Positions 38,532 to 49,761 of a stretch of DNA of 64,000 nucleotides are shown here, piece after piece. Each line of letters starts with the position of its first letter. Within the stretch, counting starts at the first letter, position 1. Source of the DNA: Alphaproteobacteria bacterium (GTDB lineage: Bacteria > Pseudomonadota > Alphaproteobacteria > MPNO01). A program made the translations under genes and the position numbers. The stretch covers positions 1,184,001 through 1,248,000 of the forward strand of contig OZ219866.1 in assembly GCA_964291675.2 (NCBI GenBank). Reading direction: 5' to 3'. Below the pieces are notes generated by a model, which did no database searches, was not told the DNA's origin, and worked only from the letters and a program-made list of their open reading frames with translations.

Positions 38532-39320
38532 ATGACGGGCAAGCGAAACGACGGCAAGCGCAGGCTCGGCGCCACGCGGCAGAACTCCTGGGGCGTCGGC
38601 AAGGGCCACGCCGATCTCGTGCGCCCGGTGAGCCCGCCGCGGCCGCTGTCCTTCGCGGCCGCCCCCCAGCGCGTGACTGTCGACCTCAACCGCACCGCCA
38701 TGATCGTCATCGACATGCAGAACGACTTCTGTTCCGAAGGCGGCTGGTTCGCCTCGCGCGGGATCGACATCTCGCCGGTCCGCGCGCCGATCGCCCCGCT
38801 CAACGCCTTCCTGCCGGTGCTGCGCAAGGCGCGGGTGCCCGTGGTCTGGCTCAACTGGGGCAATCGCGCGGATCTGATGAACCTCAACCCCACGACCCTG
38901 CACGCGGGCAATCCGGCGGGCGACGGCGCGGGCTACGGCGACACGCCGGCGGGCGGGCGCTCGCCGGTTCTGAAGAAGGGCGCCTGGGGGGCGCGCATCT
39001 GCGACGGGCTGAACGCCGCCCGCGTCGACATCCGCGTCGACAAGTACCGTCTCAGCGGCTTCTGGGACAACGAGTTCGACAGCGTTTTGAGAAATCTTGA
39101 CGCGAGGACCCTGCTCTTCGCCGGCGTCAACCTGGACCGATGCGTTCTCGCGACGATGCAGGACGCCGGCTTCCTGGGCTATGACTGCGTCCTGATCGAC
39201 GATTGCGCGGCAACGACGTCGCCCGCCTATGTCGCGCGGGCGGCAAGATTCCTGATCCGCGACATGTACGGCTTCATCGCCCGCTCGCGCGATGTCGTGC
39301 GCGCTCTGGAGGGCGGTTGA
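38532..39320 (+). CDS. Isochorismatase-like cysteine hydrolase
   Basis: IDMQNDF, KYRLSGF, GVNLDRCV (D-K-C triad). Confidence 0.88.
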   Translation: MTGKRNDGKRRLGATRQNSWGVGKGHADLVRPVSPPRPLSFAAAPQRVTVDLNRTAMIVIDMQNDFCSEGGWFASRGIDISPVRAPIAPLNAFLPVLRKARVPVVWLNWGNRADLMNLNPTTLHAGNPAGDGAGYGDTPAGGRSPVLKKGAWGARICDGLNAARVDIRVDKYRLSGFWDNEFDSVLRNLDARTLLFAGVNLDRCVLATMQDAGFLGYDCVLIDDCAATTSPAYVARAARFLIRDMYGFIARSRDVVRALEGG

Positions 39321-39596
39321 GCCGGCCCGCCTTGCGCGACGCCCGATCCGGGCCGGGTGGCGCGGAAGGGCGCGCGGAAGCCGCGCGCCGAGGCCGTGCC
39401 GGGGCCGCGGGCGGTCTCTGCAACGGCTTGAAAATCCCAGAGAAACCTGCCCCTGCCACGATGTCTTCGCGAATTCGCCGAAGTCGCTTGGTAGTCGGGA
39501 CGGTTCGCGCGGATAATGGCTGCGGCCGGCGTGGAACTGTCAGCGGTTGCGAGACCCCGCCGGACCGGCAACAACAAGACGAAAGGGAGACAGGCA

Positions 39597-40646
39597 ATGC
39601 CATCGGATTCCTCGCGACGCGCGAGCCTTGCGGTCGTCGGCCTCGCCGCGCTCGCCGCGCTCGGCGCCGGCATGGCGGGACAGGCGCAGGCGGCCGATCC
39701 GCTAAAAGTTCGCTTCATCCTGAACTGGAAATACCAGGGCCCCCAGGCCTGGTTCTTCCTGGCCGACGACAAGGGGTATTTTGGGCAGGCGGGCATCGAC
39801 ATCCAGCTCGACCAGGGGGCGGGCTCGGGTGCCGCGGTGCCCAAGGTGGCGAGCACCGCCTATGACGCGGGCTTCGGCGACATCAACGCGATCACGCGGT
39901 TTGCCTCCAAGAACAAGGGCAGGCAGCCGGTCGCGGTCTACATGATCTACAACCAGACGCCCTTCGTCATCGCGACCCCCAGGGCGGCCAAGATCGTGAA
40001 GCCCAAGCAGCTCGAGGGCATGACCCTCGGCGCGCCGGTCAATGACGGCGCGTTCAAGCTGTTCCCGGCCTTCGCCAATATCGCCGGCATCGACGCCGGG
40101 AAAGTCGCCTGGCAGCACATGAAGCCCAATCTGCGGGTCACCATGCTCAAGCAGGGCAAGGTAGAGGGCGTATCGGGCTACCACCTGACGGTGCTGTTCG
40201 ATGCTCTCCGCGTCGGCATGGACCCCGACCGCGACCTCGACTTCATGCGCTTCGCCGATTTCGGCATGGACCTCTATTCCAACGCCGTCATGGTGAGCCA
40301 GGAGCTGCTCCAGAAGCACCCGGACAAGGTCAAGGGCATGGTCGGCGCGATCAACAAGGCGTTCTGGGAGGTCGTGGCCAACCCGGAGGTCGGGCTCGAC
40401 GCGGTGATGCGCCGCGAGCCGCTGCTCAAGCGGGCTTCGGAGAAGGAACGGCTGCTGGCGACGCTGAAACATCTCATCCTGTCGCCCGAGATGAAGAAGA
40501 TCGGCATGGGCGATACCGATCCCGCGCGGCTCAAGCGGTCCATCGATATCGTCACCAGGGCCTTCAAGCTGGAGCGGACGCCCGACCCGGACGAGGTGTT
40601 CCAGGCGCGCTTCCTGCCGCCCCTGAAGGACCGCATGGGCCAATGA
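39597..40646 (+). CDS. ABC transporter substrate-binding protein (NMT1/THI5-like)
   Basis: Signal peptide; LNWKYQG, DKGYF; GGAG RBS. Confidence 0.88.
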   Translation: MPSDSSRRASLAVVGLAALAALGAGMAGQAQAADPLKVRFILNWKYQGPQAWFFLADDKGYFGQAGIDIQLDQGAGSGAAVPKVASTAYDAGFGDINAITRFASKNKGRQPVAVYMIYNQTPFVIATPRAAKIVKPKQLEGMTLGAPVNDGAFKLFPAFANIAGIDAGKVAWQHMKPNLRVTMLKQGKVEGVSGYHLTVLFDALRVGMDPDRDLDFMRFADFGMDLYSNAVMVSQELLQKHPDKVKGMVGAINKAFWEVVANPEVGLDAVMRREPLLKRASEKERLLATLKHLILSPEMKKIGMGDTDPARLKRSIDIVTRAFKLERTPDPDEVFQARFLPPLKDRMGQ

Positions 40647-41524
40647 ACGAACTGGCCCCGGCCGGCCCCGCGGAGACCGACGATCCGCCGGGCGGGCCGG
40701 GCGCGTCGGCCGGCGCGGCGGTTGCGCTCGAACGGGTCGCGCTGCGCTACGGCGATCCCGAGACCGGCACGCTCGCCCTGAAGGACACCGAGCTCGCCGT
40801 CGGGGAAGGCGAGTTCGTCGCCATCGTCGGACCCAGCGGGTGCGGCAAGTCCACCCTGATGAAGCTCGTCTCCGGGCTGAACCCGGCGACCGAGGGTGTG
40901 GTGTCGGTCGCCGGCGAGGTCGTCACCCGGCCGATCAAGATCGTCGGCATGGCCTTCCAGAACCCGACCATGCTGCCGTGGCGGAGGACCATCGACAACG
41001 TCCTGCTGCCGCTCAGGATCGTCCGCCCCTACCGGGAGAGCTTCCGCCGCGACCGCGAGCGGAACACCGCCCGCGCGGAGGCGCTGCTGCGCCGCGTGGG
41101 ACTGCACGGCTTCAGCCGGAAATATCCCTGGCAGCTCTCCGGCGGGATGCTGCAGCGCGCCTCGCTGTGCCGCGCGCTGATCCACGAGCCGAGCCTGCTG
41201 CTGCTGGACGAGCCGTTCGGCGCGCTGGACGCCTTTACCCGCGAGGAGCTGTGGGGCGTGTTGCAGGCGCTGTGGATGGACCGGCGCCCGACGGTCCTGC
41301 TGGTCACCCACGATTTGCGCGAGGCGGTCTATCTCGCCGACCGCGTGGTGGTGATGAGCGCGCGGCCCGGGCGTATCATCTTCGACCGCCGGGTCGAGCT
41401 GGCGCGGCCGCGCGCGCTGGACGATCTGTTCCGCGACACCGCGGTGCAGCTGGTCCACGATTTGCGCGCCCGCATCGAGCACTTTCAGCTCGACGAGACG
41501 GTCGGGGACGGGTTGGAAGAATGA
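40643..41524 (+). CDS. ABC transporter ATP-binding protein (TauB/SsuB-like)
   Basis: GPSGCGKST, LSGGM, LLLDEPF. Confidence 0.93.
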   Translation: MNELAPAGPAETDDPPGGPGASAGAAVALERVALRYGDPETGTLALKDTELAVGEGEFVAIVGPSGCGKSTLMKLVSGLNPATEGVVSVAGEVVTRPIKIVGMAFQNPTMLPWRRTIDNVLLPLRIVRPYRESFRRDRERNTARAEALLRRVGLHGFSRKYPWQLSGGMLQRASLCRALIHEPSLLLLDEPFGALDAFTREELWGVLQALWMDRRPTVLLVTHDLREAVYLADRVVVMSARPGRIIFDRRVELARPRALDDLFRDTAVQLVHDLRARIEHFQLDETVGDGLEE

Positions 41525-42297
41525 AGAAGCTCAAGGAGCTGAACTGGTTCTGGTCGGCGCTGATCATCCTCGGCTTCTTTCTGATCTGGGAGCTGCTGTG
41601 CCTGGCCACCGCCATGCCGGATTTCATCCTGCCGCGGCCGAGCCAGTTCGCCGTCGTGCTGGTCGATCAGTTCCACGGCATCCAGCGGCACGGCCTGCAG
41701 ACCCTGATGACCACCACGACCGGCTTCGCCGGGGGGGTGCTGGTGGGCGTGATCATCGGCGCGATCATCGGGTCGTCGAAGGTGCTCTACAACGCCTGCT
41801 ACCCGATGCTGGTCGGCTTCTACTCGATACCCAAGGTCGCGCTGGTGCCGGTCTTCGTCGTCTGGTTCGGGATCGGCACCGTGCCGGCGATCCTCACCTC
41901 GCTGGTGATCTGCATCTTTCCGGTCGTCGTCAACGTCGCGACCGGCCTGGCGACGACCGAGCCCGAGCTCGAGGACGTGCTGCGGGCGCTCGGCGCGAGC
42001 AAGCTCGACATCTTGTGGCATGTCGGGCTGCCGCGATCGCTGCCGTACTTCTTCGCCTCGCTGAAGATCGCCATCACGCTGAGCTTCGTCGGCACCGTGG
42101 TCTCCGAGACGGTGGCCGCCAATCTCGGCATCGGCAGCATGATGGTGCTGGCGAGCTCCGACTTCAACATGCCGCTGGTGTTCGCCGGGCTGGTCCTGCT
42201 CGCCTCGATGGGGATCGGTCTCTACGCGTGCTTCGCCGTGCTGGAGCGCCGCATGACCGGATGGGCCCAGCGCAAGACCGAGTTCGTGTCCGGCTGA
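41521..42297 (+). CDS. ABC transporter permease (TauC/SsuC-like)
   Basis: PKVALVP..WFG; RALGAS EAA-like loop. Confidence 0.92.
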   Translation: MKKLKELNWFWSALIILGFFLIWELLCLATAMPDFILPRPSQFAVVLVDQFHGIQRHGLQTLMTTTTGFAGGVLVGVIIGAIIGSSKVLYNACYPMLVGFYSIPKVALVPVFVVWFGIGTVPAILTSLVICIFPVVVNVATGLATTEPELEDVLRALGASKLDILWHVGLPRSLPYFFASLKIAITLSFVGTVVSETVAANLGIGSMMVLASSDFNMPLVFAGLVLLASMGIGLYACFAVLERRMTGWAQRKTEFVSG

Positions 42298-42307
42298 AAC
42301 CGGGCCC

Positions 42308-43333
42308 CTACCCCGCCTCCGCCGCGCGCAGCCGGCCCATCAGGCGGCGCGCTTCGAGATGGGCGGCGTCGGCGTTGATGTCGATGCGCCCGGCATCGCG
42401 GCCGGACTCGTTCCGCCGCTGCTGGGCTTCGAGGAACGCGATGTCCTCGAGAAACGCCGTCCGCACCTGGTCGTGCATCCCCTCGGTGATGCCGGGCGCG
42501 GTCAGCGCCGCGCTGTGTGCCTGGGCCCAGAACTGGTGGAGGCTTGCCGCGGTCTCCGGCGTGATGGCGTTGAGATTGCGGTTCGACATGCCCTGGCTGC
42601 GGTCGCCCTCGGGGGCGCCGGTCCCGGTCGGCGCGCCGCCCACGTCGAGGATGACCGCCGAGGGCGCGATGAAGTCGACGATCTGCCAGCGGTCGATATT
42701 GCCGGTGAACCCGCCGAGCCTCGCCAGCATCGGCGGCGGCGGGCGGTCGACGATCCAGCGCACCGTGCGGACCCCGCGCTGCGTCCGCTCGGCGGTCGCG
42801 GGGGTCTCGGCCACGCCCATCTCGCCCAGCGTCGTCGGGTGGACGAAGGGAAGATGCGAGAGATCCAACAAATTGTCGATCAGCAGCTGGTGGTTGCACC
42901 TGATGTGCAGATAGGACGGCTTGGCGCGCCAGTCGGGGTGGTCGAGCCAGTGGAAATCGGGGATCTGGTCCGGATCCATGCGCGCTTCCTCGCCCATCCA
43001 GATCCAGACGAAGCGGTCGCGCTCGACCAGCGGGAAGCGCGCCACCCGCGCCCCGGGCGGGATGCGCCCCTGGCCCGGCACGCTGACGCATCGGCCGGTC
43101 GCGTCGAACTGGAGCCCGTGATAGCCGCATTCGATGCGCGCTCCCAGCACCCGGCCCATCGACAGCGGCAGCGCGCGGTGGCAGCAGCGGTCCTCCAGCG
43201 CCACCGGGGCGCCGTCGGCGGTGCGGAACAGCGCCACCGGCGTGCCGAGCAGGGTGCGCGCGAGGATCTCGCCGGCCGCGAGCTCGTGCTGCCAGGCCGC
43301 GACATACCAGGCGTTGCGGACGAAGCCGCTCAC
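42308..43333 (-). CDS. Rieske oxygenase (VanA-like), paralog of 3401-4441
   Basis: CCHR...CGYHG, DNLLDLSHLPFVH; GTG start overlaps upstream stop. Confidence 0.9.
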   Translation of the reverse strand: MSGFVRNAWYVAAWQHELAAGEILARTLLGTPVALFRTADGAPVALEDRCCHRALPLSMGRVLGARIECGYHGLQFDATGRCVSVPGQGRIPPGARVARFPLVERDRFVWIWMGEEARMDPDQIPDFHWLDHPDWRAKPSYLHIRCNHQLLIDNLLDLSHLPFVHPTTLGEMGVAETPATAERTQRGVRTVRWIVDRPPPPMLARLGGFTGNIDRWQIVDFIAPSAVILDVGGAPTGTGAPEGDRSQGMSNRNLNAITPETAASLHQFWAQAHSAALTAPGITEGMHDQVRTAFLEDIAFLEAQQRRNESGRDAGRIDINADAAHLEARRLMGRLRAAEAG

Positions 43334-44121
43334 CGGTCCGCCTCGCCGGGCTTCTTCAGGGTGAGCTCGTGCAGCATCGCGTAGCGCAGCCAGTGATTGT
43401 AGGCCGTCGTCAGGCAGAACATGAAGCCATACGCCCCCGCCCGCCACCGGCCGCGCAGCACATAGTCCCGGAAGAAGAACCAGGGCAGGCCGAAATACAC
43501 TTTTAGCGCCACCGAGGCGCCACGCCGGCGGTCCAGGTGGCGGAAGCGGCGGAGCTCGTTGGCCGCCTGCTTGCGCGACAGGTGGGCGATGTCGTCGAAG
43601 GCATGATGCAGCAGCGGGCCGGCGAGCCGGCGCACCCTGAGCCCCTCGGGGATCTCGAACTGGTCCCAGGCGCCGTCGGCCGGGACGCGGATGCGGCGCC
43701 GGTCGTAGAGCTTGGCGCGCCTGGGCGCGCGGGCCCCGCGCCAGGCCCGGCCGGACGGGTCGACGAACAGCATCGGGAGCAGGCACACATCCGCAGCGGG
43801 CTCGCCGGCCGCGAAGAGCTCGCGGATCTCCCGCGCCAGCTCCTCCGTGACGACCTCGTCGGCATCGAGGTCGAGCAGCCAGTCGTGCCGGCAGGCGTCC
43901 TCGCCGACCCGCTTCTGGTGGCCGGAGCCCAGCCAGGGCTGCGCGACGACCCGCGCCCCGGCCCGCTCCGCCTCGGCGACCGTGGCGTCGGTCGATCCGG
44001 AATCGACCACCACCACCTCGCGCGCCACGAGAGCGGCGGCGGCGACGGTCGCGGCTATCTTCGCCGCCTCGTCGAGGGTGCGGATGTAGCAGGAGACCGG
44101 CGGGCGGGCGTCACGCGTCAT
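43330..44121 (-). CDS. Glycosyltransferase family 2 (WaaE/KdtX-like)
   Basis: VVDSGSTDAT, LDLDADE. Confidence 0.87.
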   Translation of the reverse strand: MTRDARPPVSCYIRTLDEAAKIAATVAAAALVAREVVVVDSGSTDATVAEAERAGARVVAQPWLGSGHQKRVGEDACRHDWLLDLDADEVVTEELAREIRELFAAGEPAADVCLLPMLFVDPSGRAWRGARAPRRAKLYDRRRIRVPADGAWDQFEIPEGLRVRRLAGPLLHHAFDDIAHLSRKQAANELRRFRHLDRRRGASVALKVYFGLPWFFFRDYVLRGRWRAGAYGFMFCLTTAYNHWLRYAMLHELTLKKPGEADR

Positions 44122-45847
44122 CGGCGAGTCGAGCGCGCAGCGCCGCCGTTGCCTCGGCGTCCACCGCGCGGCCGCCCGCGTCGGCCACCACGCCGTAGAC
44201 CTCGCGCATGGTCCGTTGCGAGACGATCCCGTCGCGCAGGTCGCGCAGCACGCTCGCCGGCGCGCGCTCGAGCGGGTCGCCCCAGCCGCCGCCGCCCGGC
44301 GATTGGGTGACGAAGCGCACCGGCCCGGTCGATTCCAGCCCGAACTTGGGCGCGCGCCGCGTCGTCCCGTCGGCGAAGCGCAGATGCATGTGGCCCGCCG
44401 CCCCGGCGCCGCCGCCGTTGACGCCATAGCCGGTCTCGTATTCCAGCCCCTCGCCGCGGAAGGAGTGCGTCGCGTCGGTCAGGATCTCGACCTCGTAATC
44501 GGCGCCGCTGCCGCCGCGCCAGCGTCCCGGCCCGGCGGCGTCGCAGCGGAACTCCTGGCGGTGGAACAGCACCGGGTAGAGCTGCTCGTAGACCTCGACA
44601 TTGGGCATGGTGAGCCCGCCGAGGGTGCAGACATGGCCGATCTGGTTGAACCCGTCGCGCCCGTCGACCGCGCCCGCGCCCGCCGCCGCCGCGCCGTGGT
44701 AGAACACGTAGCGGTCGCCGCTCGCCTCGCGTCCGACCGAGATGCCGAACACGTTCTTGGCCCAGCCGGCGCAGCCCCGCGCCGGGTCGGCCTTGGCCAG
44801 GGCCTTCCACACCGCGTGAATGATCTCGTGGGCGCAGAACACGGTGCACATGGTGGTCGGCGCGCCCTCCTCGGCGTTGACGATGGTCCCCTCCGGGGCG
44901 TGGATGTCGACGCAGCGGAAGGCGCCCTCGTTATGCGGCAAGGACGGGTCGAGGAAGGAGGCGAGCGCGGTGTAGACGGCCGAATGGGTGTTGCCGAGGG
45001 ACGAGTTCTTGAAGCCGCGGATCTGGTCGTCGCTGCCGGCGAAATCGATGGCGAGCGTGTCGCCCTCGATCGTCGCCCTGACCCGCACGGTCACGTCGCG
45101 CAGCTCGAAGCAGTCGTTGTCCGAGCGGTCCTCGGCCTCGTAGACCCCGTCCGGCATCTCGGCGATCTCGGCGCGGACGCAGCGGTCGGCATGGTCGAGC
45201 ACGCCGGTGAAATAGGCGAGCGCGGTCTCGCGGCCGAGCTCGTCGGCCAAGGAGGCCACGCGCTCCATGCCGATCCGGGTGGAGCCCAGCATGGCCCGCA
45301 GATCCCCGTCCAGCAGGTGCGGCGTCCGCGTATTCAGCATCAGCAGCTTCCACAAATCCTCGCGCATCCGGCCGGCCTCGACCAGGCGCAGCACCGGCAG
45401 GCGGATGCCCTCGTGGAACACTTCCGTGGCGGAGGGGTTGTAGGCCCCCGCCGCCCCGCCGCCGATGTCGGACTGGTGCGCCCGGTTGCAGGTGAGCCCG
45501 ACGAACGCGCCGCCGGCGAAGATCGGCCGCGCGATCACCCAGTCCGGCAGGTGGTTGCCGCCCGCCGCCCACGGGTCGTTGAGCAGGTAGACGTCGCCCG
45601 GCTCGATGGCGTCGCCGAAATCGCGCAGGATCGCGCGCACCCCGAACCCGCCGCTCCCGGTGTGGATTGGGATGCCGTCGGCCTGGCTGACGACCTCGCC
45701 GGTGGGCCCGGCGATGAAGCAGGAGAAGTCGTGCGCCTGGCTGAAGATCGGGCTGCGGGCGGTGCGGACCATCACCCAGCCCATCTGGTGCGAGATGTGG
45801 TCGAGCCGGTTCTGGGTCAGCGCCAGGATGACGGGGTCGAGGTCCAT
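44111..45847 (-). CDS. Hydantoinase B/oxoprolinase family subunit
   Basis: NDPW.GGNHLPD, HQSDIGG, PGGGGWGDP. Confidence 0.92.
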   Translation of the reverse strand: MDLDPVILALTQNRLDHISHQMGWVMVRTARSPIFSQAHDFSCFIAGPTGEVVSQADGIPIHTGSGGFGVRAILRDFGDAIEPGDVYLLNDPWAAGGNHLPDWVIARPIFAGGAFVGLTCNRAHQSDIGGGAAGAYNPSATEVFHEGIRLPVLRLVEAGRMREDLWKLLMLNTRTPHLLDGDLRAMLGSTRIGMERVASLADELGRETALAYFTGVLDHADRCVRAEIAEMPDGVYEAEDRSDNDCFELRDVTVRVRATIEGDTLAIDFAGSDDQIRGFKNSSLGNTHSAVYTALASFLDPSLPHNEGAFRCVDIHAPEGTIVNAEEGAPTTMCTVFCAHEIIHAVWKALAKADPARGCAGWAKNVFGISVGREASGDRYVFYHGAAAAGAGAVDGRDGFNQIGHVCTLGGLTMPNVEVYEQLYPVLFHRQEFRCDAAGPGRWRGGSGADYEVEILTDATHSFRGEGLEYETGYGVNGGGAGAAGHMHLRFADGTTRRAPKFGLESTGPVRFVTQSPGGGGWGDPLERAPASVLRDLRDGIVSQRTMREVYGVVADAGGRAVDAEATAALRARLADDA

Positions 45848-47929
45848 CTACCCCTCCTCCCGGAAGGTTATCAGGTAGTTGTCGAGCCTATCCACCGCCG
45901 CGCGCTCGCCGGAGCCGACGACCACGGTGGTGGTCTCCTCCTCGATCACCGCCGGGCCGTCGACGAAATCGCCCGGGCGCATCGCCGCGCCGTCATGGAT
46001 CGCGGTCTCCAGGAAGCCGCCGGTCGCCTGGTCGTAGACCGGGCGGGTCGATGTCGGCGCGGCGCGGCGCTCGACCTCCTCGAAGACGACCTCGGCGAGC
46101 GGCGGCAGCTTGCCGATGCCCACCACCCGGAGGTTGGAGACGTTGATCCGCCCGCCCGGGTTGGTGTGGCCGTATTGCCGGTCGTACTCGGCCTCGAAGG
46201 CGGCGCGGATCTCGCCCGGCGAGGCGTCGGGGGAAAGCGCCACCCGCACGTCCCATTGCTGGCCCTCGTAATGCAGGTCGAGCTCGTGGCCGAAGCGTGT
46301 GTCCCCCGGCTCGAACCCCTCGCGCCGCAGCGCATCGGCCGCCTGCGCCTCCAGCGAAGCGTAGCCGTCCGCCAGCGCCGCGCCCACGCCGTCCGTGAGC
46401 TCGCGCATCGCCACCTGGACGAAGTCGCGCCTGACATCGGCGTGCTGCATGCCGATGGCGCAGAACGCGCCCGACTGGCGCGGCACGTAGACCGCGCGCG
46501 CGCCGAGCGCCCGGCCGACGCTCGCCCCGTGCATCGGCCCCGCCCCGCCGCAGGCCACGAGGGTGAAGCGCCCCGGGTTGTAGCCGCGCTGGATCGAGAT
46601 GCGCTCGACGGCGTGCAGCAGGTTCTGCTCGACGATGCGGATGATGCCGGCCGCGGCCTCGGCGAGCGGGATGCCGAGCGGCTCGGCGACCGCCGCCGCG
46701 ATCGCGCGCTCGGCGGCGTCGCGGTCGAGGGTGACCGAGCCCCCGGCATAGGGCCCGGGGCGCAGCCGGCCGAGCACCAGATGGGCGTCGGTGACGGTGG
46801 GCCTGATCCCGCCGAGCCCGTAGGCGGCGGGCCCCGGCCGCGCGCCGGCGCCCTCGGGCCCGGCATACATCATGCCGGCGCCGTCGATGCCGGCGATGGT
46901 GCCGCCGCCCGCGCCCACGGTGTGGATGTCGACCGAGGGCGTGACCAGGTCGTACTCGGCGACCGAGAGCGCATCCGTGATGGCGACCCGGCCCTCGTGC
47001 ATCAGCATCACGTCGCAGCTCGTGCCGCCGATCTCCATGCTGACCAGATTGCCCTCGCCGAGCCCGCTCGCCAGATGCTGGATCGCGCCGACGCCGGCCG
47101 ACGGGCCGGACAGCAGCAGATTCACCGGCTGCTCGATGAGCTGGTCGAGCGAGGCCGCGCCGCCGTTGCTCTGCAGCATCAGCAGCCGGGTCTTGAGCCC
47201 GAGCGCCGCCAGCCGGTCGGCGAGCGCCGCCAGGTAGTCGGCGACGCGCGGCATCACATAGGCGTTGACCGCGATGGTCGAGGCACGCTCGTACTCGCCC
47301 ATGATGGGGACGATGTCGGCCGAGACCGAGACCCAGCGGCAGAGCCCCGACCGGCGCACCACCTCGGCGGCGGCGTGCTCGTGCGCCGGGTTCTTGAAGC
47401 TGTTGATCAGGCAGATCGCGACCGAGTCCACGCCCTCGTCGCGGAAGGTCTCGATGGCGGCGCGCACATCGTCGAGCTCGACCGGCTCGATCTCGCCCCC
47501 GTCGGCGCCGATCCGCCCGCGCACCGGCAGGCGGAGGTAGCGCGGCACCAGCACCGGCGGGTAGGGGGTGCGGTGGTCCCACGGGTCCTTGCGCAGGCCC
47601 CTTCGGGCTTCGAGCGAGTCGCGGAAGCCGGCGGTGGTCAAGAGCCCGACCCGGCCGCCCTTGCCCTCCAGCAGCGTGTTGGTCGCCACCGTCGAGCCGT
47701 GCAGGAAGAACGCGCAGTCGCCGAGGAACCCGGCCAGGGTGAGGCCGAGTGCCGCGCACGCCTTCTCCAGCGCCGCGATCGCCCCCGCGCCCGGGTCGTC
47801 GGGCACGGACGGCACCTTGAACACCGCCGTCCGCCCGCCGGCATCGGCGACCACCAGGTCGGTGAACGTCCCCCCCACATCGACGCCCACGCGCCATGGC
47901 GGCGATTTCAGCCCGTGCGTGTCGTTCAT
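45848..47929 (-). CDS. Hydantoinase A/oxoprolinase family subunit
   Basis: DVGGTFTD, HGSTVATN, SGPSAG, GAGGGTIA. Confidence 0.92.
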   Translation of the reverse strand: MNDTHGLKSPPWRVGVDVGGTFTDLVVADAGGRTAVFKVPSVPDDPGAGAIAALEKACAALGLTLAGFLGDCAFFLHGSTVATNTLLEGKGGRVGLLTTAGFRDSLEARRGLRKDPWDHRTPYPPVLVPRYLRLPVRGRIGADGGEIEPVELDDVRAAIETFRDEGVDSVAICLINSFKNPAHEHAAAEVVRRSGLCRWVSVSADIVPIMGEYERASTIAVNAYVMPRVADYLAALADRLAALGLKTRLLMLQSNGGAASLDQLIEQPVNLLLSGPSAGVGAIQHLASGLGEGNLVSMEIGGTSCDVMLMHEGRVAITDALSVAEYDLVTPSVDIHTVGAGGGTIAGIDGAGMMYAGPEGAGARPGPAAYGLGGIRPTVTDAHLVLGRLRPGPYAGGSVTLDRDAAERAIAAAVAEPLGIPLAEAAAGIIRIVEQNLLHAVERISIQRGYNPGRFTLVACGGAGPMHGASVGRALGARAVYVPRQSGAFCAIGMQHADVRRDFVQVAMRELTDGVGAALADGYASLEAQAADALRREGFEPGDTRFGHELDLHYEGQQWDVRVALSPDASPGEIRAAFEAEYDRQYGHTNPGGRINVSNLRVVGIGKLPPLAEVVFEEVERRAAPTSTRPVYDQATGGFLETAIHDGAAMRPGDFVDGPAVIEEETTTVVVGSGERAAVDRLDNYLITFREEG

Positions 47930-49413
47930 TGCGAAGCCCGTCAGTACACTGATTATCCGATTGGAAAGCCTAAACCGGACCCATCCGCGTCGCAAGCCAT
48001 GTGTGACTGAGACGGAAGAATGGAAAACATGAGGGGGCCATTCAACTGCCGTCTAGGCCTGAACAAATCCATTGACGGTCCCAGGACTTTCAAGGTACAG
48101 ACATCCTCACCGATCCATTTTCACCTAGTGAGGGGGAGCCTATAAAGCAACGCAAGATTGACCGAATTTACTTTTGTCTTCAAGCTAGAATTAGTGAAAG
48201 TCGTCTATCTCGTCTGGTGCAACAGTAAATGCACTAGCTTTTGTTGGTTTGTCAAATTGAAGGGGCCTTCGCTGCCTGCGTATACTTCAAGACTAAGGGT
48301 ACCGTCGTGATTGTGTGTGGCTGGACGTGAACATATCCTTCAGAACGCAACTTCTTGGTAGTGTTGCTGACCTATGTTCCGAATGCAACTTTGCTCTGGC
48401 AAGACCGGACATCTTAGTAGAGTTGCTCGTTAGACTTGCGCGTTACCGAGAAGAAGGCACGAAACTTGCGCCGCAGGTTTATTTGACTGACGATATAGAC
48501 TTTGTAATGAAACTGCTTCCCGGCGGTGAAAAAGTCCCTCTTTCGACTGCGGCATCAGACCCCAACGGAGTTGAAAAATTGCTTAAGTTGTGCGCTCCCT
48601 TAGCTGTCGGTGAATGGAGGATATTCGGCCAACAGATTGCCGACGAACTTACTTTCGGTGTTTTCCGTGGATCAAGCAATCCCATATCAGTTAGTGTGGA
48701 TGATACTTTGTTGTCAGAACAGACTGAAGCAACGGTTATCAAATTACATCAAGTTGCAGAAGAATGTGTGCAACTACGAAGTTCTAAAGGTCACTGTGAT
48801 CACGTGTTCTTTAATCATCGCAAAGTGGAAGATCCAACCCCTCTTCAGTATATTGATGAACTCATTAATAGCATTGTAAAGAAAGTAGAAGACGATGTCA
48901 GAGATGCCGCACACGGCTTTATTGCAAAGACTATACAATCTGCGTTGGTTCACTCTCATGGATGTCTTTTGGCTGTTACTAGTATGCCGAGACCCCCGCA
49001 AGTGCTAAGTCTTGACGCCGTGATATTGGATCGGCCGATCGATTTCCCTTCGTTGATCAGGCAATTGAAGAAAGATGATGATACTAGCACTTGGTTACAG
49101 CATATCGAAAGAGAGGCTCAGTTAGTTGAAGGAATGATCAATTGCGATGGAATTACATTGTTTGATCAGTATGGGAAGTTGCTTGCTTATCGTTGCTTCA
49201 TCCAATTGCCAAGACGAGTGGACGTAGGGGGAGGAGCCCGACGGCGGGCCTTTGAAACTCTAAAGGGGCGACTAGGCAAAGGTCTCTCAGCCGTAAGCGT
49301 TCGGGGTAGCCGCCCTTGTCAGGGGTAGGTTCGGGACCGCAGTCTCTGTTCCGGGATTTGGCGGCCGATAGTGTCCATTATCGGCTAATGGACACTATCG
49401 TTGGGGGGCTGCG

Positions 49414-49761
49414 GTGGCGCGTCGTGTACGCCGGTTCTGGTCGGACGATGAGAAGCGCCGGATTGTTGCGCAGAGCTACGCGCCCGGGGTTTCGGTGTCG
49501 GTTGTGGCGCGTCGCTACGACGTGAACTCCAACCTGATCTTCACTTGGCGGCGCGATCCCCGCTACAGGCCGGCGGCGGATGGCGAGGGTGCGCCGTCCT
49601 TCCTGGCGGTGGAGGTGGTGCCCGATGCGCCGCCGTCAGAGCCGTCTGCGGCATCGGAGGGTCGGATCGAGATTGCGTTGTCGAGCGGCCACCGGGTGAG
49701 CGCGATCGGGGCGTTCGACGTGGACGCGCTGTGTCGCGTGGTGCGGGCGCTGGGCGGATGA
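49414..49761 (+). CDS. tnpA: IS66 accessory protein TnpA
   Basis: [30 protein letters not shown]. Confidence 0.9.
   Translation: MARRVRRFWSDDEKRRIVAQSYAPGVSVSVVARRYDVNSNLIFTWRRDPRYRPAADGEGAPSFLAVEVVPDAPPSEPSAASEGRIEIALSSGHRVSAIGAFDVDALCRVVRALGG

Noticed and set aside
44216-48010. 1264-aa plus-strand ORF, and many similar long Arg/Ala/Gly-rich ORFs
   Set aside because: Antisense or alternate-frame shadows of clear genes (here hydantoinase A/B), expected in high-GC DNA
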